Shown here in pieces: positions 14,042 to 23,972 of a DNA stretch of 64,000 nt. The notes under the pieces were generated by a model. The model was not told the DNA's origin. It made no database searches and saw only the letters and a list, made by a program, of their open reading frames with translations. The DNA is from an uncultured Planctomycetota bacterium (GTDB taxonomy: Bacteria > Planctomycetota > Planctomycetia > Gemmatales > Gemmataceae). Both the position numbers and the translations under genes were made by a program. The stretch lies in assembly GCA_963849325.1 (NCBI GenBank), contig CAWKHF010000005.1, positions 1,056,001 through 1,120,000 of the forward strand, in the 5' to 3' direction. Position 1 is the first letter of the stretch, and the number at the start of each line of letters is the position of its first letter.

Positions 14042-14443
14042 ATGCCGACGCAGGACGAAATTTACTCGAAGGTGTCCGCGACCCTGGTCGAGGCGCTGAA
14101 CGTGGACGAGGAAGACATCAAGCCGACGTCCACGCTGCAGGGCGACCTGGGCGCCGAGTCGATCGACTTCCTGGACATCGTCTTCCGCCTGGAACGCGAG
14201 TTCGGGATCAAGATCCCGCGCGGCGAACTGTTCCCCGAGTCGATCTTCCAGGGCGACCCGGAATTCGTGCAGAACGGCCGCGTCACGGCCAAGGGCCTGG
14301 AGGAGCTGCGCACCAAGATGCCGTTCGCCGACCTGACGAAGTTCGAGGAAGACCCGGAAGTCGGCAACCTGAGCGACCTGTTCACGGTCGATCTGATCAC
14401 GCGCTACATCCAGGGCAAGCTGGTAAACGGCAGCCAGAATTAA
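14042..14443 (+). CDS. Oversized acyl carrier protein (133 aa)
   Basis: DLGAESIDFLDIVF.LE..FGIKIP phosphopantetheine motif; acidic; long insertion before the final helix. Confidence 0.88.
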   Translation: MPTQDEIYSKVSATLVEALNVDEEDIKPTSTLQGDLGAESIDFLDIVFRLEREFGIKIPRGELFPESIFQGDPEFVQNGRVTAKGLEELRTKMPFADLTKFEEDPEVGNLSDLFTVDLITRYIQGKLVNGSQN

Positions 14444-14484
14444 CGAGCCGCTGGCGACGTGGCGGCCCGGATAGGACGGCGAGC

Positions 14485-14991
14485 ATGCGCTGGATCTGGA
14501 TCGATCGCTTCGTGGACTTCCAGAGTGGCAAGTCGGCGCGGGCGGTGAAGAACCTGAGCCTGGCCGAGGACCACTTCGCCGACCACTTTCCCGGCTATCC
14601 GGTGATGCCGGCGGCGCTGATCCTGGAAGGGCTGGCGCAGACAGGCGGCATCCTGGTCGGCGAGGCCAACAAGTTTCAGGAGAAGGTGGTGCTGGCCAAG
14701 GTGCCGCGCGTGGTCTTCCACCGCGAGATGCTGGCCGGCGAGCAGCTGATCTACGAGGTGGAGATCCAGCACCTGCGCCCCGAGGGGGCGTCGGTGCAGG
14801 GCCGCGTTCGGGTCGGCGATACGGTGACGGCCGAGGCGGAGATTTTCTTCGCCCATCTGGACCAGTCGCGCTCGAAGCAGCTGTTCGGCGATCACAATTT
14901 CGTCTTCAGCGGCGAGATGAAGTATCTGCTGGGCCGGATGACCGGCGGGAAGGACACCACGGGAGGCCCTGTCGGGACGGCGGGGGGCTGA
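14485..14991 (+). CDS. fabZ: FabZ-like dehydratase 2
   Basis: WIWIDRF, AVKNLSLAEDH, DHFPGYPVMPAALILE. Confidence 0.85.
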   Translation: MRWIWIDRFVDFQSGKSARAVKNLSLAEDHFADHFPGYPVMPAALILEGLAQTGGILVGEANKFQEKVVLAKVPRVVFHREMLAGEQLIYEVEIQHLRPEGASVQGRVRVGDTVTAEAEIFFAHLDQSRSKQLFGDHNFVFSGEMKYLLGRMTGGKDTTGGPVGTAGG

Positions 14992-15097
14992 GTGTGCAAC
15001 AGGACGCGGGCGGCGGATTCACGAGAAACATGAGAAGAGTAAGGAGGGGCGGCTTGGCTGACTCGCTGACTTCGGCGAGGGTCGCCGCTGCTGTTCC

Positions 15098-16384
15098 ATG
15101 GCTGTTCCATCGCGCCGGGTCGTCATCACCGGCATCGGCATCATCAGCCCCATCGGCCTCGATGCGGCCACCTTCTGGCGCTCGCTGCACGAGGGGCGCA
15201 GCGGCGTCCGGCCCATCCGTACCTTCGACGCCTCCGGCCTGCCGGTGCGCTTCGCCGGCGAGATCCCCGACTTCGACGCCAAGGATTACGTCGAGAAGAA
15301 GGACCGCAAAAGTCTGCGAGTGATGGCCCGCACCATCCAGCTGGCCGTCGCCGCCGCCCAGCGCGCCCTGGACGACGGCCAGGTGGACAAGAGCAAGCTC
15401 GACCCGACGCGCTTCGGCGTCGAGTTCGGCGCCGGCCTGATCGCCACCGAGCTGCCGGACCTGGCCGACGCGGCCGCACGTCAGCGCCAACTGCCAGCCG
15501 GGCCGCGTCGATCTGGAGAAGTGGGGCGAGCAGGGCTTGCCGGCCATCCAGCCGCTGTGGATGCTCAAGTATCTGCCCAACATGCTCGCCTGTCACGTCT
15601 CGATCCTGCACGACGCCCAGGGGCCCAACAACAGCATCACCGAGAGCGACGTCGCCAGCCTGCTGGCCCTGGGCGAGGCGTACCGCATCCTGGGCCGCGA
15701 CCAGGCCGACTTCTTCCTGGTCGGCGGCGCCGAGAGCAAGATCAACCCGCTGAGCATGGTTCGCCAGTGCCTGTTCGAGCCGCTGTCGCACCGCAACGAG
15801 ACCCCGGAGAAGGCGTGCCGGCCGTTCGACCGCGACCGCGACGGCCTGGTGCTCGGCGAGGGGGCCGGCGTGTTCGTCGCTGGAGGAACTGGAGCACGCC
15901 CGGCGGCGCGGCGCGCGCATCTACGCCGAGGTGGTCGGCTTCGGCGCCGCCTTCGACCGCGAGCTGACGGGCGACGGCCTGGCGCGGGCCGTCCGCGCCG
16001 CCCTGGCCGAGGCCGGCATCGGGCCGGAGGACGTCGATCACGTCAACGCCCACGGCCTGGCGACGCGCGAATCGGACGCCTGGGAGGCACGCTGTTTGCA
16101 AGAGGTGTTCGGCGACTGCTTCGCCGCCCGTGCCGGTGTTCGCCGCCAAGAGCTACATCGGCAACCTCGGCGCCGGCGGCAGCACGACCGAGCTGGCCGC
16201 CAGCCTGCTGGCCCTGCCGCACGGACAGGTGCCGCCGACGCTCAACTACGAGCAACCCGACCCGGATTGTCCCATCACGGTACTGGCCGGCGCGCCGCGG
16301 CCGATGACGCGGCCCTACGTGGTCAAGGTCAGCTTCACCCAGATGGGCCAGTGCGCGGCCGTGGTCGTGCGGAAATGGGAGTAA
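15098..16384 (+). CDS. Ketosynthase-like protein lacking the catalytic Cys (chain-length-factor-like; frameshifts)
   Basis: RRVVITGIG and RPFD..RDG.VLGEG; TAC replaced by ESD; KS..GH replaced by KSYIGN. Confidence 0.8.
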
Positions 16385-16394
16385 GAATCGATTT

Positions 16395-16458
16395 TGGCGA
16401 GCGGGGGGCGTCAGCCCCCTGTTGCTTCTAACAGGGGGCTGACGCCCCCCGCTCGCCA
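16395..16458. repeat. REP-like palindrome, family E (GGCGAGCGGGGGGCGTCAGCCCCCTGTT)
   Basis: Perfect inverted repeat; copies at 32461 and 53498. Confidence 0.9.
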
Positions 16459-16475
16459 GCAGAGGAGCGGCATTC

Positions 16476-17777
16476 ATGCGACGACGAGTCGTCATCACCG
16501 GCATGGGGGCCATCACGCCGCTGGGCCACAGCGTCAAGCGACATCGTTCGAGGCCCAGCTGGCCGGCACGCAGCGGCGTCGGCCCGATCCACTGCTTCGA
16601 CGCCCGCCGCTTCCCGACCCGGTTCGCCGCCCAGGTCAAGGACTTCGACCTGGCCGTTTCGTCCCCGACGCCGGCCGCTGGGCGCACTCCGGCGTCAACA
16701 GCCAGTTCGCCGCCGCCGCCGCCCAGCAGGCCCTGCGACGACGCCGGCCTGCTCGACGACCGCCGCGTGGATCGCAATCGCTTCGGCGTCTACCTCGGCT
16801 CCGGCGAGGGCATCCAGGACTTCCACAACCTCGTGTCGCTGATCGCCAGTCCTATCGCCGCGAGACGCGCCAGTTCGACGCGGCCGCGTTCGAGCAGCGG
16901 CGGCCTGAACGCCGTTCCACGCCGAGCCGCGAGGCCGAGCAGGAGCTGCACACGACGCCGGCCCACCTGGCCGCTCACTTCGACCTGCGAGGGCCCGAAC
17001 TACAACTGCCTGACGGCCTGCGCCGCCAGCAGCCAGGCCATCGGCGAGGCGACCGAGCTGATCCGCCACGGCGACGCCGACCTGATGCTCGCCGGCGGCT
17101 CGCACAGCATGATCCACCCGCTCGGCGTCACCGGCTTCAACCTGCTGACCGCCCTGTCCACGCGCAACGACGAGCCGGAGAAGGCGTCGCGGCCGTTCGA
17201 CCTCAACCGCGACGGCTTCGTCCTCGGCGAAGGCGCCGGCATGCTCGTCCTGGAGGAGCTGGAGCACGCCCGGCGGCGCGGCGCCGACATCTACGCCGAG
17301 CTGACCGGCTACGGCTCGACGGCCGACGCCTTCCGCGTCACCGACAGCCATCCCGACGGCCGCGGCGCCATCGCCTGCATCCGGGCGGCGCCTGAAGGAC
17401 AGCGGCCTGAACGCCGCGGACATCGGCTACATCAACGCCCACGGCACCAGCACCCAGGTCAACGACCGCGTCGAGACGCTGGCCATCAAGAAGGTCTTCG
17501 GCGAGGACGCCTACCGAAGGTCCCGGTCAGCAGCAGCAAGAGCATGCTCGGCCATCTGATCGCCGCCGCCGGCGCGGTCGAGCTGATTACCTGCGTCGAG
17601 GCGCTGCGCCGCGGCGTGCTGCCGCCGACGATCAACTACGAGACGCCCGACCCGGAGTGCGACCTCGACTACATCCCCAACGCGGCCCGCGAGAAACGCG
17701 TCCACCACGCCCTGAGCAACAGCTTCGGCTTCGGCGGGCAGAACATTTCGCTCATCGTCAGCCGTTTTTCATCGTAG
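16476..17777 (+). CDS. fabF: Beta-ketoacyl-ACP synthase II-type KS (frameshifts)
   Basis: [21 protein letters not shown] and [10 protein letters not shown], giving a full Cys-His-His triad. Confidence 0.88.
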   Translation: MRRRVVITGMGAITPLGHSVKRHRSRPSWPARSGVGPIHCFDARRFPTRFAAQVKDFDLAVSSPTPAAGRTPASTASSPPPPPSRPCDDAGLLDDRRVDRNRFGVYLGSGEGIQDFHNLVSLIASPIAARRASSTRPRSSSGGLNAVPRRAARPSRSCTRRRPTWPLTSTCEGPNYNCLTACAASSQAIGEATELIRHGDADLMLAGGSHSMIHPLGVTGFNLLTALSTRNDEPEKASRPFDLNRDGFVLGEGAGMLVLEELEHARRRGADIYAELTGYGSTADAFRVTDSHPDGRGAIACIRAAPEGQRPERRGHRLHQRPRHQHPGQRPRRDAGHQEGLRRGRLPKVPVSSSKSMLGHLIAAAGAVELITCVEALRRGVLPPTINYETPDPECDLDYIPNAAREKRVHHALSNSFGFGGQNISLIVSRFSS

Positions 17778-17780
17778 TTC

Positions 17781-17833
17781 GATCCGCGAACGTCAACGAG
17801 CGGAAAAATACCGCTCGCGGACGCTTGCGGATC
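17781..17833. repeat. Degenerate REP-like palindrome related to the 36202 element
   Basis: GATCCGCGAACGTCAACGAGCGG ... CCGCTCGCGGACGCTTGCGGATC. Confidence 0.65.
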
Positions 17834-17855
17834 GGATGACTCGGAGGTTGCCGCT

Positions 17856-18941
17856 GTGTTGTTCTGGCTCGGTGTGGCGTTGATGTGCAGTATGCCGGCC
17901 GCTCTCGGCGCGTTCATGGTTTTCCTGCATTTTTACCTGCGGCTGAAAGTACCTGCACTTTCTCGTCCGCATCTTCCAGGAGAAGCCGCTGTTCATCATC
18001 CCGCGCGGCCAGCCCGACGCCGAGGCCGAACAGTTCGCTTTCCCACGGCGACGGCCTGACGCTCTCCGGCTGCTACCTGCGTGCCACCCGGCCGCGGCGC
18101 GGCGTCATCCTGTTCGGCCTGGAGTTCGGCTCCAACTGCTGGTCGTGCCGCCCTACTGCGAGCACCTCGTCGCCAGCGGCTTCGACGTCTTCGCCTTCGA
18201 GTCGCGCAACCAGGGCGACAGCGACTGCCAGCCCGGCTACGAGCCGCTGCAGTGGGTGACGGACTACGAGGTGCGCGACGTCGCAGGCGGCGCTGGCCTA
18301 CCTGAAGGGCCGGCCCGACGCCGACCCGCGCGGCGTCGGCTTTTTCGGCATCAGCAAGGGGGCCGGCGCCGGCCTGCTCGCCGCTGGCCGCGACCCCTAC
18401 GTCCGCTGCTGCGTCACCGACGGCATGTTCGCCACCTACACGACGCTGGTGCCGTACATGCAGCAGTGGTTCCGCATCTACAACAACCATTATCGCGGTC
18501 CAGGGCCTGATCCCGCCGTGGTATTACGGGCTGATCGGCCTGGCGGGCCTGCGGCAGATCGAGCGCGAACGGCACTGCCACTTCCCGCACCTGGAGACGG
18601 CATCTGCCGCGGCTGGCTCCGCGGCCGCTGCTGATGATCCACGGCGAGGCCGACACCTACATCAAGCCGGAGATGGCCGTCCGTCTGTTCGAGTTCGCCC
18701 GCCAGCCCAAGGAGTTCTGGCTGGTCGAGGCGCCAAGCACAACCAGGCGCTGCAGGTCGCCGGCGAGGAGTATCGGCAGCGCGTGCTGGCGTTCTTCGAG
18801 CAGCACCTGGCCGAGCGCCGGAAGGAGCGCGAGCCACTCCGCCGATCGGCGACAAGGAGCACAGGGCCAGCCACGCTGCGAGCGCGGCCGAGCCACGGAG
18901 GGCGTCGCACTCGTTCCGTGCCTCGCCTTCTTCGGCTGTGA
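17856..18941 (+). CDS. Membrane-anchored alpha/beta hydrolase (heavily frameshifted)
   Basis: N-terminal TM; GISKG nucleophile motif, IHGEAD and KHNQ recovered across frames; 3' end approximate. Confidence 0.7.
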
Positions 18942-19106
18942 CGGCGTGTCGCCGAGAGCAGACCACGGATTGCACGGCTAACCGGATACGGATAGAGCTA
19001 GAGAGCCAGTCCGCACGCCAACGTATTGTATTCTGCCTACGTGTACCGTGTATCCGTGGCTTATACCTTCGTCCCGGATTCGTGTCTCCGTCCCCGCGAG
19101 AACGCC

Positions 19107-20872
19107 ATGAGTACGATCCTCCGCCGGGGCGTGAAGCGGTCCTCCACTTCCTGCTGCACAAAGTGGTCCTCAAGGCAATGGCCCGGCCCATCCGCCGCCG
19201 CCTGGCGCAGTTCGAGGCGGCCACGCACCGGCCGCGCGAGGTGCAGGAGGCCCTGCTGCGCGACATCCTGGCCTACCAGGCGGCCACCGCCTTCGGCCGC
19301 GACCACCACTTCGACGCCATCCGCACGCGTCGACGACTTCCGCCGTCAGGTGCCCGTGGCCGGCTACGAGTACGTCGAGCCGTACATCGCCCGCGTCCGT
19401 CGCGGCGAGACGGCCGCCCTGCTGGCCGACCCGCGCGTCCACATGTTCGCCCTGACCAGCGGCACCACGGCCGACGCGCAAGTTCATCCCGGTCACGCCG
19501 CAGTACCTGGCCGACTACCGCCGCGGCTGGAACATCTGGGGCCTGAAGGTCTTCCGCGACCACCCCGAGGTCGCGCTTGCGGCCGATCGTGCAGATGTCC
19601 GGCGACTGCGACGAGTTCCGCACCGAGTCCGGCGTGCCCTGCGGCGCCGTCACCGGCCTGACGGCCACGATGCAGAAGCGCATCATCCGCTGGCTCTACT
19701 GCGTGCCGGCCGTGCGTCGGCCGCATCAAGGACCGCGCGGCCAAGTATTACGCCGCCCTGCGTCTGAGCCTGCCGCGCCGGGTCGGCATGATCATCGCCG
19801 CCAACCCCAGCACGCTCATCAACCTGGCCCGCGCCGGCGACCAGGAGAAGGAGTCGCTGATCCGCGACCTCCACGACGGCACGCTGTCGCCGCGCTTCGA
19901 CGTGCCCGCCGACATCCGCGCCGAGCTGACCGCGGCGCGCTGCGCCGCCACCCCGAGCGGGCCCGCGAGCTGGAAGAGATCGTCCGCCGCACCGGCACGC
20001 TGTATCCCGAAGGACTACTGGCCGGCCGATTGCCTGCTGGGCAACTGGACCGGCGGCAGCGTCGGCGCCTACCTGCGGCACTACCCGCGCTACTACGGCG
20101 ACCACGCCGGTCCGCGACGTGGGCCTGATCGCCAGCGAGGGCCGCATGACCATCCCGCTGGCCGACGGCACGCCGGCCGGCGTCCTCGACGTGACCACGC
20201 ACTACTTCGAGTTCATCCCCGAGGCGGAGGGCGACAGCCCGCAGCCGACCGTGCTGGGCGCCGCACGAGCTGCGCGAGGGCGCGACGTACTATCATCCTG
20301 CTGACGACGGCCTTCGGCCTGTACCGCTACCACATCCACGACCTGGTGCGCGTGGCCGGCTTCCACAACGGGACGCCGCTGATCGAGTTCCTGAGCAAGG
20401 GGGCCCACTTCGCCAACATCACCGGCGAGAAGCTGTCGGAGTATCACGTCACGCAGGCGATGGCCGAGGTGCTGCGCGAGCTGGACCTGACGCTGACGGC
20501 CTACAGCCTGGCTCCGTGCTGGCCAACGACGGCGCATCGGCGCCGACCGAGGATTTCGAGCAGCCATATTACGGTCTGTTCGTCGAGCACGGCGACCTGC
20601 CCGACGCCTCGATGGGGCAGCGCCTGGCGGAGCGACTGGACGCTCGGCTGCGGCAGGTGAACATCGAGTACGACAGCAAGCGCGAGAGCCAGCGGCTGGC
20701 GCCGGTGCGGCTGGAGTTGGTGCGGACCGGCTTCTGGCCGCAGTGGGACCGCGCCCGCCTTCTGCAAACCGGCGGCACGCTGGAGCAGTACAAGCATCCC
20801 TGCCTGATCGCCGACCTCAACTTCCGCAGCCGCGTCATGGGCGAGCAAGTCCTGCTCGCCGGCGGTTCGTGA
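19107..20872 (+). CDS. GH3-family acyl acid-amido synthetase (heavily frameshifted)
   Basis: Q..LLR.IL....T.FGR.H.F, FR..VPV..YE, TSGTT...KFIP, GLIASEG, YFEFIP, GLYRY.I.D, TGEKLSE, N.EY...R and QYKHP. Confidence 0.85.
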
Positions 20873-20890
20873 CGGAGCTGGCTGTCTAAC

Positions 20891-22363
20891 TCAGGGCTTC
20901 TTCTCCGGGCCGACGGACCCGCCGGTCGAACCCGGCGACGGCACCGGCTGGATGGTGATGGTCTGGCTCAACTCCGCCGGCTTGAACGGCAGTTTGGCCG
21001 TGAGGTCGGCGATGAAGTTGGCGCGCTGGAGGAACAGCAGGGCCAGGCAGGTGTCGATGGTCGGACTGGCCTTGTGATAGCCTCCATTGGTCCAGTAACC
21101 GCGCTTCTGCTGGTTGGCGACCAGCACCTCGGCCCCCCAGCGATACCAGTCTCGGCCGCCGACCGCCGGCAGGCCGTACAGCACGCCGACACGCTCCAGC
21201 GACCACAGATAATACAGGTTCTCCATCGGCTGATCGCGCCAGCGGCCGGTCGGCTGGCCGACACTCTTGGCCAGCGCCGCCAGACCGTTGCGGATGCGCG
21301 GGCCGGCGACCGACTTGGGGTCGGACTTGTCAAGCGGCGCGTGCGCAATGCCGTGGCCGACGGCCAGGCCGAGCAGGCCCACGCAGGTCATGGCCGGCTC
21401 CCCCGATTCGCCGCCGCCGTACTGGTAACGATAATCCCAGCTGCCGTCCGGATTCTGGCTGGTTTCAAAGCGGTGGACGAGGAGCCGCAAGCTGCACCGC
21501 GCCGGCACGTCATGCCGCTGCGCGACCCACAAGGCCAGGAGGGCGAACTGCGTGTTCGAGTTGTCCGTGACACTCTGCCGGCCGCGAGCCTCGCGCAGCG
21601 ACAACGGGTCGGGGTCTTGGAACACGGGCAGCGCCTTCAGTCGGCGCGGCAAGGCCGCCGGATCGAGAGTGGGCGGTTTCTCCTGCGGAGGCGCGAGATC
21701 GGCCGGTTTGGAGGGGGCTGATTTGGATAGTTTCGGGATGTCCGAAGGAGACGATTCGGCCGGCTTGGCCGTCGTCGTTCCTTCCAGAAGAGGCGGTTTG
21801 CCGGTGACGGCCGTTCCCGAGAGCGCGGCGCCGGTCTTCGCCGGAATGCCCGCGAGCGGCGGCGGATCGAGTTGCCGCAGCGCGGTGAGGATGTCGTGCT
21901 GGTCCTTCTTGGTGACGAGTCCACAGCGGTAGGTCCAGCCGCCCGTCTCGGCCTGGCCGGCCATGAGGCGGACGGCCAGCGTCTGAATCCGTTCCTTGTC
22001 GTTGGCGTCGCCCAGGCGATCGAGGAACAGAATGCTCAGGGCGATCTCGTAGGTGGCCTCGAGGTTCGGCACGGCTCGCCGGACCACGGCGGCGGCGCGG
22101 CGAACGGCGGGATCGGTGGCCGGCACTCCGCACTCCAGCAGCGTCAGACCGGGCAGGGCCGTGTAGCCGACCGGATACTTTTCCCCCGGACCGGCCCAGG
22201 TGCCGTGCGTGCCCTGCGCTCGCTTGAGGTAGGCGGCGCCCTCGTCGATGGCCCGGTTGATACGCGCATGTTCCTCTTTTGTCAGGGGAAGCGCGTCGGC
22301 CCGCACGAAGGCGGCCCCGAGGACGAGCGCGGACAGGCCGCAGCCGATGGATAGCGTTTTCAT
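20891..22363 (-). CDS. Secreted prenyltransferase/squalene-oxidase-repeat (alpha/alpha barrel) protein
   Basis: Signal peptide; AI..GA.YL..AQ...G.W, Q...GGWTY, DNSNTQFALLAL, QN.DGSW.Y and YYLWSLER. Confidence 0.75.
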   Translation of the reverse strand: MKTLSIGCGLSALVLGAAFVRADALPLTKEEHARINRAIDEGAAYLKRAQGTHGTWAGPGEKYPVGYTALPGLTLLECGVPATDPAVRRAAAVVRRAVPNLEATYEIALSILFLDRLGDANDKERIQTLAVRLMAGQAETGGWTYRCGLVTKKDQHDILTALRQLDPPPLAGIPAKTGAALSGTAVTGKPPLLEGTTTAKPAESSPSDIPKLSKSAPSKPADLAPPQEKPPTLDPAALPRRLKALPVFQDPDPLSLREARGRQSVTDNSNTQFALLALWVAQRHDVPARCSLRLLVHRFETSQNPDGSWDYRYQYGGGESGEPAMTCVGLLGLAVGHGIAHAPLDKSDPKSVAGPRIRNGLAALAKSVGQPTGRWRDQPMENLYYLWSLERVGVLYGLPAVGGRDWYRWGAEVLVANQQKRGYWTNGGYHKASPTIDTCLALLFLQRANFIADLTAKLPFKPAELSQTITIQPVPSPGSTGGSVGPEKKP

Positions 22364-22472
22364 GGGACTCGTACTCGCGCCGATCTCCTCGGTGGAAAGG
22401 AAGCACTGCATCGATCCTACTGCCGGCCGCCGCCTTCCGGCAAGCGGAAACGAGGAATAGACGAAAACCATA

Positions 22473-22613
22473 AACCGCCAAGGCGCCAAGGATGCCAAGA
22501 GAAGAAGAGAAAAAACCAACAAAAGGGGATGACAAGGGGAATGTTATTCCCCCTACCTTTTGCTGCTTTGTCTTCTCTCTACTTCTCTTGGCGTCCTTGG
22601 CGCCTTGGCGGTT
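22473..22613. repeat. Long palindromic element, family A (9-mer CGCCAAGGN units plus purine/pyrimidine tracts)
   Basis: AACCGCCAAGGCGCCAAGGATGCCAAGAGAAG ... CTTCTCTTGGCGTCCTTGGCGCCTTGGCGGTT. Confidence 0.9.
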
Positions 22614-22620
22614 CCTTCGA

Positions 22621-23793
22621 TTACGCCGATGCCCGACCACGTTCATCGCGCGCCAACCATTTCTGCATTTTCGCTAGCTCTTTTGTCCATTGATCGCCGG
22701 CCCGCTTCGCGCTGAAGGCGTCGTAGAGAAGGTCGAGCGTCTCCAGCAAATGACGCAGTTGGGTGATGCGTTCCTCCAGCCGAGCGCGTTCGTCGCTGGC
22801 TTCCGGCGCCGGCAGTCGCGCGCCGCTGACGGCCAGTGTCTCGGCCTGCAAGGTCAGCTCGTACTGATGATCGTGACGGACGACGGTGAGACCGACCTTG
22901 CGCGGCAGCTTGCCGGCCTGGATGGCGCGGCGCGCTTCCGGCAAGCGCGTCGGACCGTCGCTGCTGATGCTCTCGCGTCCGGTCTGCCCGCGCGGACACT
23001 CCAGGACCAGCGTGCGCGTCAGCAGGACGTCGGCTTCCGAGCCGTCGCCCAGCCGGATCGTGTCCGAATCGGAATCGAGCACGTACCACAGCCACAGGAG
23101 ATATTCATTGCCCAGGAAATCGCGGCTGTTTTCGTCGGGCAGCCAGGCGACCTCGGAGGGCGAGGAGCCGGGCACGAACGGGGCCGGCGTCGCGTCATCG
23201 ATGCCGCGCGTCTGCTGGCGCGGTTCGGACAGTCGAAACGCCTGTGGGCCGGCGCCGAGCGGCTCGAAACCGTGACCGAAGGTGTCCTCGAAAAGCGTGT
23301 GCAGACGGTCCAGCGCCGTCACCGAGGAGGTGCCGACGAGCAGCTCGTTGGACAGGGCGTCCCACAGCAGGGGGTAGACCTTGCGCTTGAGGAAACGGCC
23401 GTCGCGGGCCTCGTCTTCCAGCTTTTCGCGGGCGATCTCGCGGGCCTCGCGCTTCTGGCGGGCGCTGGGCAGACCGCTGGGGTTGCCGGCCGCCAAGCCT
23501 TGCAGCTCGATGTGCGTATACGCCCGCAGCAGATCGGCCGGCAGACGCATACTGTCGATGCGCAGGCAGAAGTGCAGCGCATCGTTGACGATGTTCTTGG
23601 CCAGGTCGAACGAGGTATCGAGCAGATGATCGCCGGCGGTCCAGCCGACCTCGACGCCGTCCGCGGAGGCGATCTTCTGTTTGCCGATGGCGTGCGTTTG
23701 CAGGCGTTTCAGGTGCTCGGGACCGAACAGGCCCGGCGATGGACCCTTGAGGCGATAGCGCCCGAAGCTGACCCGTCCGGAGAAGAAACCCAT
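22621..23793 (-). CDS. RdgC-like putative DNA-binding/recombination-associated protein
   Basis: Intact 390-aa ORF; S..RY, VGW, LRID...LP..LL and FLG.EYLLWLWY patterns resembling RdgC-related proteins. Confidence 0.55.
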   Translation of the reverse strand: MGFFSGRVSFGRYRLKGPSPGLFGPEHLKRLQTHAIGKQKIASADGVEVGWTAGDHLLDTSFDLAKNIVNDALHFCLRIDSMRLPADLLRAYTHIELQGLAAGNPSGLPSARQKREAREIAREKLEDEARDGRFLKRKVYPLLWDALSNELLVGTSSVTALDRLHTLFEDTFGHGFEPLGAGPQAFRLSEPRQQTRGIDDATPAPFVPGSSPSEVAWLPDENSRDFLGNEYLLWLWYVLDSDSDTIRLGDGSEADVLLTRTLVLECPRGQTGRESISSDGPTRLPEARRAIQAGKLPRKVGLTVVRHDHQYELTLQAETLAVSGARLPAPEASDERARLEERITQLRHLLETLDLLYDAFSAKRAGDQWTKELAKMQKWLARDERGRASA

Positions 23794-23855
23794 GAGGTGC
23801 CTCGCTTCCTACGGCGGTAGGGAGAATGTCCCTCCCTCTCTATCGGCTTTCCTCT

Positions 23856-23911
23856 TTCCGAGCCTGAAGCGTAAGCGAAGAGATTTCTTCGCTTACGCTT
23901 CAGGCTCGGAA
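23856..23911. repeat. REP-like palindrome, family C (GAGCCTGAAGCGTAAGCGAAG)
   Basis: Perfect inverted repeat; copies at 48787 and 50287. Confidence 0.9.
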
Positions 23912-23972
23912 TGAAGCTCGCTGTCCCCTGCTGGGATGCGTTCGCGCGGGGCACGGCGGTACAATACCGGAC

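Noticed and set aside
18962-19060. Degenerate CACGGAT...ATCCGTGG repeat before GH3 as a specific operator
   Set aside because: Looks like a decayed 9-mer palindromic element similar to those at 22473 and 30639.
12598-20872. Ladderane or aryl polyene cluster
   Set aside because: No radical SAM or desaturase genes and no APE-type tailoring/export genes; only the KS/ACP/DH core is shared.
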